Positions 49,660 to 62,210 of a stretch of 64,000 nt of DNA are shown one piece after another (the first letter of the stretch is position 1; each line of letters begins with the position of its first letter). This DNA is from Octopus bimaculoides. Lineage: Eukaryota. The notes below the pieces were generated by a model that had not been told where the DNA came from, did no database searches, and saw only the letters and a list, made by a program, of their open reading frames with translations. The stretch spans positions 105,308,835-105,372,834 of the forward strand of contig NC_068984.1 of assembly GCF_001194135.2 (NCBI RefSeq). Direction: 5' to 3'. A program made the translations under genes and the position numbers.

Positions 49660-50290
49660 TCATCATCATCGTTTAACGTCCGCTTTCCATGCTAGCATGG
49701 GTTGGACGATTTGACTGAGGACTGGTGAAACCGGATGGCAACACCAGGCTCCAATCTAAATTTGGCAGAGTTTCTACAGCTGGATGCCCTTCCTAACGCC
49801 AACAACTCAGAGAGTGTAGTAGGTGCTTTTACATGTCACCCGCATGAAGGCCAGTCAGGCGATACTGGCAACGGCCACGCTCGAAATGGTGTCTTTTATG
49901 TGCCACCCGCACAAGCCAGTCCAGGGGCACTGGCAACGATCTCGCTCGAAAATCCTACGAAGGCCAGTCAGGCGGTACTGGCAACGGCCACNNNNNNNNN
50001 NCACAAGCCAGTCCAGGGGCACTGGCAACGATCTCGCTCGAAAATCCTACAAAGGCCAGTCAAGCGGTACTGGCAACGACCACGCTCGAAATGGTGTCTT
50101 TTATGTGCCACCCGCACAAGCCAGTCCAGGGGCACTGGCAACGATCTCGCTCGAAAATCCTACGAAGGCCAGTCAGGCGGTACTGGCAACGGCCACGCTC
50201 AAAATGGTGCATCTTATGTGCCACCCGCACAAGAGCCAGTCCAGGGGCACTGGCAACGATCTCACTTGGCTTGCCGGGTCTTCTCACGCA
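49660..50290 (-). mobile_element. RTE 3' end with a 113-bp tandem array in its 3' UTR
   Basis: (cat)n tail at 49660; units start at 49910, 50002 (after a 10-N gap), 50115 and 50228; ends at the reverse complement of gagaagacccggcaagccaagtgag (RTE stop region). Confidence 0.85.
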
Positions 50291-50984
50291 CGCAAAGCAT
50301 TGTTCTTAAGAGGTTCTTTGCAGACTACTCTGATAAGGAATGACAGCTGATCCAATGTACATGGTAATGGATATGAAAAAAGGAATGAAGTGGGATCAAA
50401 GTTCTTAGAGTTCTATGATGCAAATAAACTAACAAATTGCATCACTAACTTCAGGAAATTTGCCAGCCACCAAATAATCAGGCAAATATACAAGTCAGAT
50501 AAACTTCAAAGGAGGCAGAATACACAACTTGTCATGAATACCTGGTCTCTCTTTGGTGAAGAATATACCCCTAAACTTAGACTACTGATTGGCAACCCTA
50601 GGGTAAGAGTTAGATGAATTCAGAGAGACAAGACAATTTGGAGAAAGAATGTTAGGAGGCTGAAATATCCCCCAGCCAAAACATAGTTTCAAAATGAACA
50701 AAGTGATATGGATATTGAGGAGGAGGTGATTAAAGGCAACTGGGAGTTTCTGAGGTAACTTGGTATGAGTCAGACCAAATCCCTGATTGGAGAATGTTTG
50801 TAACATTGTGGAAGAATACAGCAGATAGCCATAAAAGCTAGGAGAGAGAGAAAGAGAGAGTATAATGTAGCTAGAAGGAAAGCTAGACATTGATTACATT
50901 AAACAAGGTGAGCATGTATGAATAAAAGATTTGTCAATGTTCTGTGAGATTAGAGATGTGAGCTTTCTGCATTGCAACGCTCAT

Positions 50985-51320
50985 CATCATTTAACTTCTG
51001 TTGTCTATGCTGTCATGGATTGGTTTCTATGGCTGGATGCCCTTCCTAACACCAACCACTCCGAGAGTGTAATGGGTGCTTTTATGTGCCACCAGCATGG
51101 GTGCTATTTGCATGACACCAGTGTCTGTCACGACTGCGATTTTACTTGGCTTGATGGGTCTTCTCAAGCATGGCATAATGCCAAAGGTCTCGATCATTTG
51201 TCATTGACTGTGAGGCCCAACACTCGAAAGGTGCTTTCCATGTGCCACTGGCATTGGCCACTTTGCCTCTGTGAGGCCCAACACTTGAAAGGTGCTTCTT
51301 ATGTGTCACCAGCATTGGCC
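50985..51320 (-). mobile_element. RTE 3' end inserted antisense into the older RTE
   Basis: Reverse complement of LGLTV.MT.DRDLWHYAMLEKT plus 3' UTR. Confidence 0.75.
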
Positions 51321-52217
51321 ATGACAGTAAATAATCAGAATGTTGTTGGAGAAGAGTGTATATGGAATGATGGTGATGCATTTGCTCTCACTGATGATAA
51401 GAAGAGGTATGGAAATGTCAGTAGTTGTTGAATGTGTAGGGAAGAGTAGGACAACTCTGAGTAGATCCATCAGAAGGATTAGCTACTGAAGTTGATAGAT
51501 GTATGTTCAAAAGAGCAATTAGTGATGTGAAAGTAGTAATGCCATCATGGGCAGTTACTGAAAGGCTAAAAATATCTGGTGAAGTAGGATATGCACCAGT
51601 TCATCAAGTAGTAGAGAGAAGTGTTATTCCTCAATGACTAGCACTACAGTATCGTAAGCTGTTACAAGATGAAAGGAGATGCTTAACAAAGAAGCAAGTA
51701 CAGAGACATCAAACTGACTGATTGGATGATGAAAATAATAGAAAAAGTTTAATTAGGAAGAGAAACTAGTGAGACGAGATGCAATTTGTCTCTGTACCAA
51801 GATAAGGTGCCATTGGTGTCTGCTTCCTAGGGAGATAACTATAGGAGACATTCTTAGCTAAAAGCAAGTTACTATTCTTAGCATTTATGGACTTAGAGAA
51901 GGGCTCTGACAAGATGCCATGCTCTACAGCATAGGGATCACTAAGAAAAAGGTAGGTGAGGATAAATGGCATGTGAGAACCAAGTATGTCATATACAGAT
52001 ACTATCAATAAGGTGAAATTTAATGAGTGTAGTAAAGTGTCCATCAAAGCTCTGTTCTCAGTCTCCTTCTGTTTAACACCAAGTCATATTAGAGAAGTTT
52101 CAGATCAGTTGCCATCGAAACTATTATATTTTGATGACCTAATTCTTATAGCTGAATATGTTGAAAAATAAGAGAATTCCAAACATGAAAGCAAAGCCTA
52201 GAATTGAAATGTCTTAA

Positions 52218-52421
52218 CCCTTTAACATTCAGATTACTCTGTTAAATGTAATATTTATTTATTCACTGTTTTGAACTGATCATGCATTATTTCATAGCTT
52301 CAAGATTTTGATGATGTGATTGTTTATTTCTAGAATGACATTGTAGGGTAGGTGTGAGAGGCTAGATCTGGCCAGTTTTGAACATAAAATAGGTCGAATA
52401 TTTGGGTTAAATGCTAGAGGG
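52218..52421. mobile_element. piggyBac-type MITE nested in the RTE RT region
   Basis: TTAA|CCCTTTAACAT...ATGCTAGAGGG|TTAA. Confidence 0.85.
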
Positions 52422-55149
52422 TTAAACTAAACCTATGAAAGATGATGGTTTTAGTTACCAAGCACAGAGACAGGAGTTTGAAGGAATTCCATATGGCATA
52501 CTCAATAGTAAGCAATCAGTGTACAAGAGCAGCAGTGGGAATATAGTCAGATTTATTGAAAACACTTTGTATATAGGAAGGGAGGAGTTGGCAGTAATAA
52601 TACTGAGATAAATTCTTTTAAAATGCTTAGAAGACGCCCTAGAATTAATTGACCCTCTCTGTTACCTAAGTAACCTAACTGACAGTTGTGGTGGATGTTC
52701 TGGAAGTATAGCAACCAGAATAAGATGGAAGAAGATCAAGGAGCTGTTACCATAGTTGGGAATAAAGGGATTCTCTCTGTGAATGAAAGGTTATCGATGT
52801 GGGGTATGTTGAGAAGGCTGGGAAAATGAATGAACGTGCTCTGCAGGATCTGTAATGATAATGTGTATGAATGGCAGAGTACATAATGAGCTGAGTAAAA
52901 ACCTGGGTATAAGAGGAACTGACTAGTTTGTAGGAGAAAAAAACTGAGTTTGGATAGCTATGTGATACATAAGGAGGGTGACAGTTAAGTGGAAGGAACC
53001 TATGGGAAAAAAAGATTGAGGAAGACATGGGAAGTGGTGAAAACTGATCTTAAGAGGTTGAACATCAAGCAGAAGATAAAAGATTGCAGTAACTAATAAA
53101 ACAGACACTGTACTGGAGAATAATTTCATAATTATTGACCAAATGGATATAAAATGAATGAAATCCTGAAAAGAATAGTGAAGAACAAGAGGACAGAATC
53201 ACAATATATAATCACATATAACATATTGGACATACTAAACAATGTTGGTGGGCAATCATGAATACATAGAAAATTCTCATAATTTTCTACAGCTTGTCCA
53301 TATGAATTTGACAATGTGATTCCAACAAAGGTAAACAGAGAGAGAGAGAGAGAGAGAATTTTCTAAGAACTGCCCATGCATTTAAAATTTCATGTCTGCA
53401 CTGTATGATGTACAGTGAATAAGTTAACTAAGCTTTCAACCATTCTCTTAAATGTTGTTCTTGTATATCTCAGAAAAAACTGTTTATTTAAATTGATTCT
53501 GTATCAGCCTATAAGTGTGTTACTATTTCAAATGCTTTACAAAATCAGATCTTATAATAATAAACAACCCTTAAAAGCTGTTGTATATCTAAACTGACCG
53601 AAACATGGCAACATATCTGAAGAGCTTAAGCTTATGGCTTGCTCTCAAACAATACAATAGAACTCTTTATGCCATGCAGTCTATTTTTTTGTTGTTGACG
53701 AACAGACACTGGCGTTACTTTCCACAACTAAATCCCGTTTCTTTTTCACTCCCTTGAAGCATTTCTCTAAACTACTTTTGGAGAAATTAACCTCATTTCC
53801 TTGACACTCCTTTATTTAATAGGAGATCGAGTAATGGACCAAGAGGTTAGCAGAACATATCCTGAAGCTGCATTGAAAATACTATCAATAAGTTTAGAAT
53901 CCACCACAACATTCAAATAAAAGTCTTGTCAACTTTGTTGTGCCATTTAATATGGAATGGACCCTGGTTTTGATGACATACAACATACGACTGTTCTGCA
54001 ACATACTATTCCGCGTTTAATTCACTTGGTACAATAATCTATCCGGTTCATAACTTTCTTGAGTTATGAAAGATTCTAGGCTTGCTTAACACTATTTATA
54101 TCTCTTTAAATGACTGTACTTCAATCTAAGCTGGTCTTTTGAAACTACATAGTAATTTTCTTAGAGTAGTTAAATAAGAATAAGCATTTCACATAACTAC
54201 TTTATCCACTTCAATCGATTAACGATATGAACTAAACACAAGAAATATTTTAACTATGTTGTAAGAGTATAACATATGTATATCATCTTTAAATTCTGAC
54301 CACCAGATTTATAAGAGGTAAAAATACAAGATTTTGAAAGAATTTATTTGTATATGCATATATAAGCACGCTTAGGTAATGTGTGGACATTTCACTTTCT
54401 CACTTCATTACACGAGAAAACAAAGGAAGATAACTCTTGCTGGCAATATCAATATGCACGAGGGAAAAACAGAACAAGTGTTATGTTAGGATTTAATCAA
54501 TTTCCTTCGAAATAATAGCAATAATTATTTTGCTCCTTTTAAGAAAATAATTTTTTTAGAAAATGCAGAAGTCCGAGTTTCATTAATGATTTATGCTTAT
54601 TTCCAACTAAAATGTTAAGCTGCTGGGACAGTTCCCCAGGGTAGTAAACTAGTTTATCGTTATGTGACATTACATTACCGCATGTACAAGTCATTCACGT
54701 AATTTGAGGCGTGTTATATCAGACGTGTGTTACAGGTACATGACGAAACGCCAGAAGCAGGTTTAGTCATATGAATCATGTAATCATCTTATTTTTGATA
54801 GGTAATAACTAAAAATATTTTGCACGAAGCTTGAAACATTGAGAGACAGAAAGAAAATAGGAAGTCTTGGTACAATTATACCACAATTAAATGACTAGTA
54901 GAATTAACTGGAACCAAAACCAGATTGTTTGTTAGGTTAGCTTTAATAACAAGGATTTAAGGGCAAGGTAAGATTAAAAAGTCTAGCAAGTGTAGTGTTT
55001 ATGTTTAAAGAAACCTTTAAGTGTAACATACAGGAAATACAATTCAATAATTACTAGAAAGCATTAGATAATACAAATTGTCAGTTTCTATAATTTGATA
55101 AAAATACAAGTTTGTTAAGGTGAAAGGGAGATTAGCAGAAAATGGTACA

Positions 55150-55330
55150 TAATGGCGGTTAGCAGCCCGCCTACTTGGGAGTGGAGTGCGCATGCGCCAG
55201 AGTTTCTCCTTGACTATCGTTGCCCACAATACTATCATCAGTCCCTCCCCACAGCAGCACATCTCCACACACAGCCACACTAACAGCACACCAACGCCCT
55301 CCAGTGAGCACCAAGGAAGACGCAGTAAGT
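55150..55330 (+). promoter_or_regulatory. CpG-richer putative promoter/first exon with NRF1-type palindrome and strong donor
   Basis: AATGGCGG (YY1-like) at 55151, TGCGCATGCGC at 55187-55197, GTAAGT at 55325. No recognisable protein. Confidence 0.35.
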
Positions 55331-56569
55331 AAGATAATTTCTAAAATAAACAAAACAACCAAACAAAACAATTATGAATAAAATAAGAGAATAACGAGGG
55401 AGAAAGTTAGTAAAAATAGATATATAAATGTATATATATAGAATAGCAACAATGATAATAATAAACTATCGTGTTGATTAATTGGAAGTTAAAAAAAAAA
55501 TGACCGTTGTTAATTTCGTAAGCTGAAGGATGATCAAATGAAACAACTTAGATTAGCACTAATTATGTCTTATTAGACTTCATATAACGATTAGTAATTC
55601 TTCTCAACACAACAGAATCGACATTTATGACATGATAGACGAAACAACAAAAATAAAACCCTACTACAGACAGACACAGCTATAAAATAACATATTTGTA
55701 AAGAAATGAGTCGTAAGATAACAAGGTACTTGAGTGATATATATATATGTGTGTGTGTGTGTGTGTATATATAGACATTGTCGAATAATTGCCATTTACA
55801 CACACACTGAACTGGTGTTTCTGGATGTTGACAAAGATGTCATATTGTCGCTGAAACTACTTGGTACGATGGAAGTCTTGGTTTGATGTCGAACCTAAGC
55901 ATTTTAGCTTCATATATACAAATAAAAATGAAATTCGTGCTTATTTAACTCTCATTTTCGTGATTTACATTTTCTGGTAGTACCACACTAGTTATTTCCA
56001 GAAAATTAATACTAATAACAACAATAATAATGTCTTCATAAAATAATGTATGTATATACACACACAAAAAAAAAAGGTTAAGCTGATTTTGTAATGGTAG
56101 TAAGTATGGCGCGAGGCCATTAAAGAAGATGCTTGCGTTTTGCACCAACATGGGCGATTCTGGTGACAATTTCTTGTTGAGCGCTTCTTTGGTCGTTGCT
56201 GTGTCTGAGCAGATGGCGCTCGGATGGGAACGGGGGGTGGGGTGGGGGTGTTGTTACTAAGAATGGAGCTGCTACTGCTACTGTTTTTACTACTACTACT
56301 ACTACTGCTGCCGCCTTGGACAGACACCTCTACTCTAAACAATTATACCTTATACTTCCTTCCTCTATTTCTCACCGTTTACTTTCAAATTGAAAATTCC
56401 TTATGTCTTAATATTTCTGAAATCCTATCGATTTTTCATTTGTTGATTCTACTTTCACTGTTAGAATTCTCACAGACATCTATGTACAAACATTCATAGC
56501 TACATGGTCATATTTGATTAAAAAACAAAACATTCTACATACATAACCTTTGTCTATGTTTACACACAC

Positions 56570-57222
56570 ACGAGGTGGTATCAAAAAGTTCCCGGATTAG
56601 TTATATTTAATGAATAGTCACCTTGCGCAGCAATACACCGGTCCTAGCGTTCCTGCCACTTTTGGAATCCGGCCTGGAAGTCGTTTTCCGTTATCGAGTC
56701 GAGAACCTTCTGCAATTCGTTCTGGATCCCGACAACGGTTTTAAAACGACGACATTTCAGCAGCACTTTCATCTTGGGGAAGAGATGGAAGTTTGCAGGT
56801 GCTAAATCTGGCGAATAGGGCAGAATGATGGGTCATCAGCGGCATGCTTATCGTCTTCCACGGACGTTGTTCCACTTTTGAAGCGCTCGTGCTGCTCGAA
56901 ACATTGTGTACGACCCGTTGCCTCATCGTCGTAATCTTGTCGAAGCATGCTCAATGTCTCTGTAGCAGACTTTTCAAGTTTAACGCAAAATTTCACGTTG
57001 CCCTTTTGTTTCAACTTCCTGTCCATGACAAAATAGCAGACTACAGCATACACGTGATCGCAAAAACACAAATTTCACAACTTGTGAAGCAAAGACAGCA
57101 ATATCATTTGGTACATTGCATCATCAAGGTCACTGCTAGCTCTTGGTGCAGACACAATCGTGTGCTGCCATCTGTTGGCGCGTTACAGAGCTAGTCCGGG
57201 TACTTTTTGATACCACCTGGTG
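56570..57222 (-). mobile_element. Internally deleted mariner
   Basis: TIRs gaggtggtatcaaaaagttcccgga / tccgggtactttttgataccacc; N-terminal VKFCVKLEKSATETLSML..YDDEA.GRTQCFE.HERFKSG..SVEDD joined to C-terminal YSPDLAPA.FHLFPKMK. Confidence 0.88.
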
Positions 57223-57264
57223 TGTGTGTGTGTGTATATAAATACATATATATNNNNNNNNNNN

Positions 57265-57800
57265 GAGACATTGTCTCTAGTTGGTTATACAAAACGATCT
57301 GTCCTTATTTTTGGACAAGGGAATCTAACACTCCCACTCAGTTCAAGACAATATCTGTGTATCGCAATTTCTGGGTTATTTTTCTTCATAAGCACTGAAT
57401 AATTGCTCAGCTTGAGGTGGCGCTGCAAAATTCCCGTTTGAAATATATAGTTTTCAAAGTGACAACTAGTCACTGATTTATAAATTTGAAAATTAATATT
57501 TTTAGATCTCACAACGTGAGATATTAAGCAACAGTACTTTGTAGTAAAGATTGTTAGCCAACGTAACATGGCAGTGCTCGTTTAGGACTAATGTTGGTGT
57601 AATTGAACTGAGTGGGGGTGCTAGATTCCCTTGTTCGAAAATAAGGACACAGATTGTGTTGTATAGCCAGCTGGAGACGATATCTCCTGAAGATAAATTG
57701 CAGCAACATTAGTTCTAAACCAGGACTGCCATGTTGTGTTGGCAAACAATTTTTACTACAAAGTACTATTGCTGAATATCTCATGTGAGATTTAAAAATA
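57265..57800. repeat. Interlocked inverted repeats (A ... B' A' B)
   Basis: 57265-57346 is inverted at 57601-57686; 57498-57603 is inverted at 57695-57799. Confidence 0.8.
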
Positions 57801-58650
57801 GTAATTTTCATATATATATATGTTTAAATATATATATATATATATATATATAATTATGTGTATTTCTTCTTTCTTAATGAATAAAAAATCTTCTGATAGA
57901 ATAAATGGGTTAATAGAAACCAATGTAGCAAAGAACACAAAATAACTGTGGTTTAGTTCCTGTTTTTAAGGCAGGAACTCCTTGAAATTTTGGGTATTTG
58001 AGTATATTTAAGGAATGGAGAAAACGCATGTTATAATTGCATACTTTATTCCTACATATGTTTCAAAGGATTACAACCTGTGTGATCCATAGGGATCTTT
58101 GATATATATATATATATATATATATNNNNNNNNNNNNNNNNNNNNNNNNNNNNNNNNNNNNNNNNNNNNNNNNNNNNNNNNNNNNNNNNNNNNNNNNNNN
58201 NNNNNNNNNNNNNNNNNNNNNNNNNNNNNNNNNNNNNNNNNNNNNNNNNNNNNNNNNNNNNNNNNNNNNNNNNNNNNNNNNNNNNNNNNNNNNNNNNNNN
58301 NNNNNNNNNNNNNNNNNNNNNNNNNNNNNNNNNNNNNNNNNNNNNNNNNNNNNNNNNNNNNNNNNNNNNNNNNNNNNNNNNNNNNNNNNNNNNNNNNNNN
58401 NNNNNNNNNNNNNNNNNNNNNNNNNNNNNNNNNNNNNNNNNNNNNNNNNNNNNNNNNNNNNNNNNNNNNNNNNNNNNNNNNNNNNNNNNNNNNNNNNNNN
58501 NNNNNNNNNNNNNNNNNNNNNNNNNNNNNNNNNNNNNNNNNNNNNNNNNNNNNNNNNNNNNNNNNNNNNNNNNNNNNNNNNNGAATCTGCTGCCCTAACC
58601 ACTGAGCCATTGCGCCTCCACATATATGTATATATATATGTATGTAGATA

Positions 58651-58694
<44 letters not shown>

Positions 58695-58696
<2 letters not shown>

Positions 58697-58805
58697 GCGG
58701 AGCCTGGTGTAGCCATCCGGTTGCACCAGTCCTCAGTCAAATCGTCCAACCCATGCTAGCATGGAAAGCGGACGTTAAACGATGATGATGATGATGATGA
58801 TGATG
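58695..58805 (+). mobile_element. Short, young RTE 3'-tail copy
   Basis: cagtcctcagtcaaatcgtccaacccatgctagcatggaaagcggacgttaaac(gat)n. Confidence 0.8.
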
Positions 58806-59407
58806 ATATATATATATATATATGTGTGTATATATATGTATGTATATATATATATGTATATATATGTGTGTATATATATGTTTTTATATATATGTGTGTG
58901 TATAATAGATTTATATGTATATTTCCCACTTGTTTATTTCCCCTGTACCTTTCTCTTTGTCTGATTTTTTTTTTTAATCCTTTAATACCGTTGTCCCCTA
59001 CCCATCTCTCCTTCCACGTGACGAGTGTCCGACCAGCCATGATCTTTCTTTCTTGGCCTAACTGCCGACCACCAACACCTCTTATGTCCATCCCCTATGT
59101 TCCTGCCTTCAGGTTTTCACTTCATACACGCCAGCTCAATTTGATTTGTTCTCAGTCGAAAGACGCCTGTTGTTACTTCTTGTTGTTTGTATTCGTAATT
59201 GTGTACCATGTTCTGCGTTTTTTGTTTGTTTGTCATTTTGTATTTCTTGCTGTACATATTCGCTAGCTTTCTTACAAAGGGGTTTAATGCTCTTAGCTTA
59301 GACTTTTNNNNNNNNNNNNNNNNNNNNNNNNNNNNNNNNNNNNNNNNNNNNNNNNNNNNNNNNNNNNNNNNNNNNNNNNNNNNNNNNNNNNNNNNNNNNN
59401 NNNNNNN

Positions 59408-59570
59408 ATATATATTTATAATATATACATATATATTTGTCTGTATATACGTGTACATATATGTATATATATGTCTGTATATGCGTATACATATATGTAT
59501 ATATATATGTATATGTCTGTATATGCGTATACATATATGTATATGTATATGTCTGTATATGCGTATACAC

Positions 59571-59640
<70 letters not shown>

Positions 59641-59820
59641 GTCTATATATATGTATACATATATGTATGTAAATGTCTCTATATATATATATATGTCTGT
59701 GTATCTATGCATATATATATACGTATATTTCTATATATATGTATACATATATGTATGTATATGTCTATATATATGTATACATATATGTATGTATATGTCT
59801 ATATATATGTATACATATGT
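59408..59820. repeat. Compound (TA)n/TATG microsatellite
   Basis: Directly visible; explains the stacked low-complexity YI/IY ORFs. Confidence 0.95.
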
Positions 59821-59824
59821 CTTT

Positions 59825-60316
59825 TGATGACTGGCACCCGTGCCAGTGGAGCACTAACAGCACCATCCGAGTGGGATCCCTGCCAGAGCAGCAATCTCGC
59901 TCCTGTGCTGGTGGCACGTAAAAAACACCAGTTTGAGCGCGATTGTATCCAGCTTCACCTTATTGTTACTTGTGCCGGTGGCATGTGAACAAAACATTGG
60001 ACTGACTCCTGTGCGGGTAAAAAATACCATTTGAGCGGGATCGCTGCCAGAGCAGCTGTCTCGCTCCTGTGCCGGTGGCACATAGAAAACACCATTTGAG
60101 TGTGGCTTTTGCCAGTACCGCCGGACTGGTCCTTGTGCCAGTGGCATGTAAAAAGCACCTACTACACTCTTGGAGTGGTTGGCGTTAAGAAGGGCACCAG
60201 CTGTAGAAACTCTGCCAGATCAGATTGGAGTCTGGTGTAGCCATTAGTTTGTCAGTCCCAGTCAAATCGTCCAACCCATGCTAGCATGGAAAGTGAATGT
60301 TAAATGATGATGATGA

Positions 60317-60318
<2 letters not shown>
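59825..60318 (+). mobile_element. RTE 3' UTR copy with irregular internal repeats
   Basis: Repeated gctcctgtgc..gtggcac.taaaa..cacc modules, then the tail gcatggaaagtgaatgttaaat(gat)n. Confidence 0.75.
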
Positions 60319-60358
<40 letters not shown>

Positions 60359-60361
<3 letters not shown>

Positions 60362-60660
60362 GAGGGTTAATCAAAAAGTAATGCCATTTTGTTTAGGGCA
60401 GGCATAATTACCAACGCAGGAATGTGTATCATACATCAAAATGAATTTGGTCCTCTGTGGATCACATCCTTACTTCTCAGCATAGTCACCGTTTGTATCA
60501 ATAGCAATGTTCTACCTTTGAATGAGAGCATGTATTCTTGCCCTGTAAAATTCTGTTAACTGTTCTTTGAGCCACTTCTTCTCTACAGTTTTCACTTTGT
60601 CATCACTGGAATAATGTTTCCCTTTCAAACCCTCTTTTATGGGGCTGATTTGAGCGAAAT
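60359..60660 (-). mobile_element. Mariner 3' fragment
   Basis: KEGLKGKHYSSDDKVKT..KKWLKEQ.TEFY.A.IHALIQRWNIAI..NGDY; TIR-like ta-cgagggttaatcaaaaagtaatgcc. Confidence 0.8.
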
Positions 60661-60719
60661 CTGTTGAAATTGGTAAACATTTGGCCGAAGATGGGTTGCA
60701 GGCAATTTGATTGGGAAAT

Positions 60720-62210
60720 CCCATAAGAAATCGGTTTATAAATTTTCTATCCTGATTGAATGGAAAACCCCAAATGGATGCCTGCTACTGATAGTGTTTG
60801 GCCTTGGGATTTGTTGATGGACATGGCGAAGCATGGTCTCACCGGGAATTGCGATCTGCGGAAGTTAAACCCTGAGGGATAAAGCTGCATCCTTGATATG
60901 AAAACATTTTCACCCCTCCCGCACCCTGTAACAATGGTGGCCTCAATCAAGTGGGGCGTCAGGGACTTGATTACTAAGTGGGTCCTGTTGCACTATTTAG
61001 GCGGAAGCAAATTTCTGATTAGCATAATTGGGCATCCAACCCTTAACCTAAGAATGTGAGGTGGAAGCCCTGCTGGCTCCAATGAGTTGAGAAACTCGAC
61101 AGGTTAATTGACAATGCCTTGGGGGTCAGATGTCCAGTCAATCGATTTGTAGATGCGCTCCTCACTTGGAATTTGACTTATAAGCTGGTCGTTGATAGCA
61201 CTGACAGCTACGTTTTTGGGGGCCAGGATGGTTCTTTCACTGAGCCAATTGATGTCTGCATAGTTACTTTCCAGATTGGGGAATGCTGTTTTCAAAAGAT
61301 CAGAAGGTTTGTCCACGGTGTAGCACAGTTCGCTCCTATCATTCCTAGGGACCTTGCCTTCTCCAAGGGCTAAAATATCTTCAGCAAATGCTACAGACAT
61401 GCTATCACGTATTTTTGTGCTTAGGCTTAAGGTCTTAACTTGGGGCCACAACATGGATGACTTAAGGCATGCGCGCACGTCATCAGCCCGGCTCCCTTTA
61501 GGGATGACAGGAAGGGTTTGCTGGAAATCTCCTGAAAGCAATAGAGTTACACCACCCATATAAGCTGTAGAATCCCAGATACCTTTCAGTGACTGGTCCA
61601 TTTCCTCAAGGGCACCCTTATTGGTCATTGTGCATTCATCCCATACAATGAGACAACACTGTCTAAGAACTTCAGCTTCCTCTGAATTTTTGCCAATGTT
61701 GCAAGTAGGAATCTTGGCCCTCACCAAATCTAAAGGTAGCTTCAATGCTGAGTGCGCTGTCCTACCTCGTGGTAATAACATAGCAGTGATTCCCAAGGAA
61801 GCAATGGCTAGTGCAATTTGTTTCTCACAACGAATCTTAGCAAGTATTAATTGTGTTACAAAGGATTTGCCGGTACCTCCAGGAGCATCGAGGAAAAAAA
61901 TGCTGCCTGCCTGTTTTTCAACGGTACTGATGACAGTTTTGTACACCAGTCTCCGATCAGGGAGCAATTTCGATTCATTTACTCTCAGGTACTCTGCAAG
62001 GTCAACAACATCATACAACAACTCCAGAAGTAACTTTGGTGGGAGTGTGTTAACGTCCTGTCGCAATGAGGATGGCAAACCGAATGTGTTCAACACCGAC
62101 CCACACATTTTAAGCAGAGCATCCTTGATTTCAATCAGTGCATTATTGTAGATCAGGTCGTTGCTTTGTCAGTCATCATTTGCCTTGACCACCGGGAAAG
62201 CAAAATTACG
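60720..62210 (-). mobile_element. Helitron PIF1-like helicase fragment (pseudogenised)
   Basis: FFLDAPGGTGKS (Walker A), GRTAHS, IVWDECTM, GDFQQTLPV, then past in-frame stops [25 protein letters not shown] and RRSQFPVRPCFAMSINKSQGQTL. No Rep domain or termini seen. Confidence 0.92.

Larger units (their letters stand above)
50350..53120 (+). mobile_element. Old, heavily degraded RTE LINE (AP endonuclease + RT), interrupted by younger insertions
   Basis: HGNGYEKRNEVGSKFLEF...NFRKFASHQI (APE); FMDLEKGSDKMP and LLYFDDLILIAE (RT); 3' gkt..e.vktdl motif near 53030-53060. Confidence 0.7.

Noticed and set aside
49850-50265. Regularly spaced repeats resembling a CRISPR array
   Set aside because: The whole 113-bp unit repeats (no unique spacers), it lies in an RTE 3' UTR, and the context is eukaryotic with no cas genes.
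53600-54100. Coding-like remnant (weak GIY-YIG-like 'KRLAEHI' on plus; vague Schlafen-like similarity on minus)
   Set aside because: Multiple stops in all frames and conflicting interpretations; needs a profile search.
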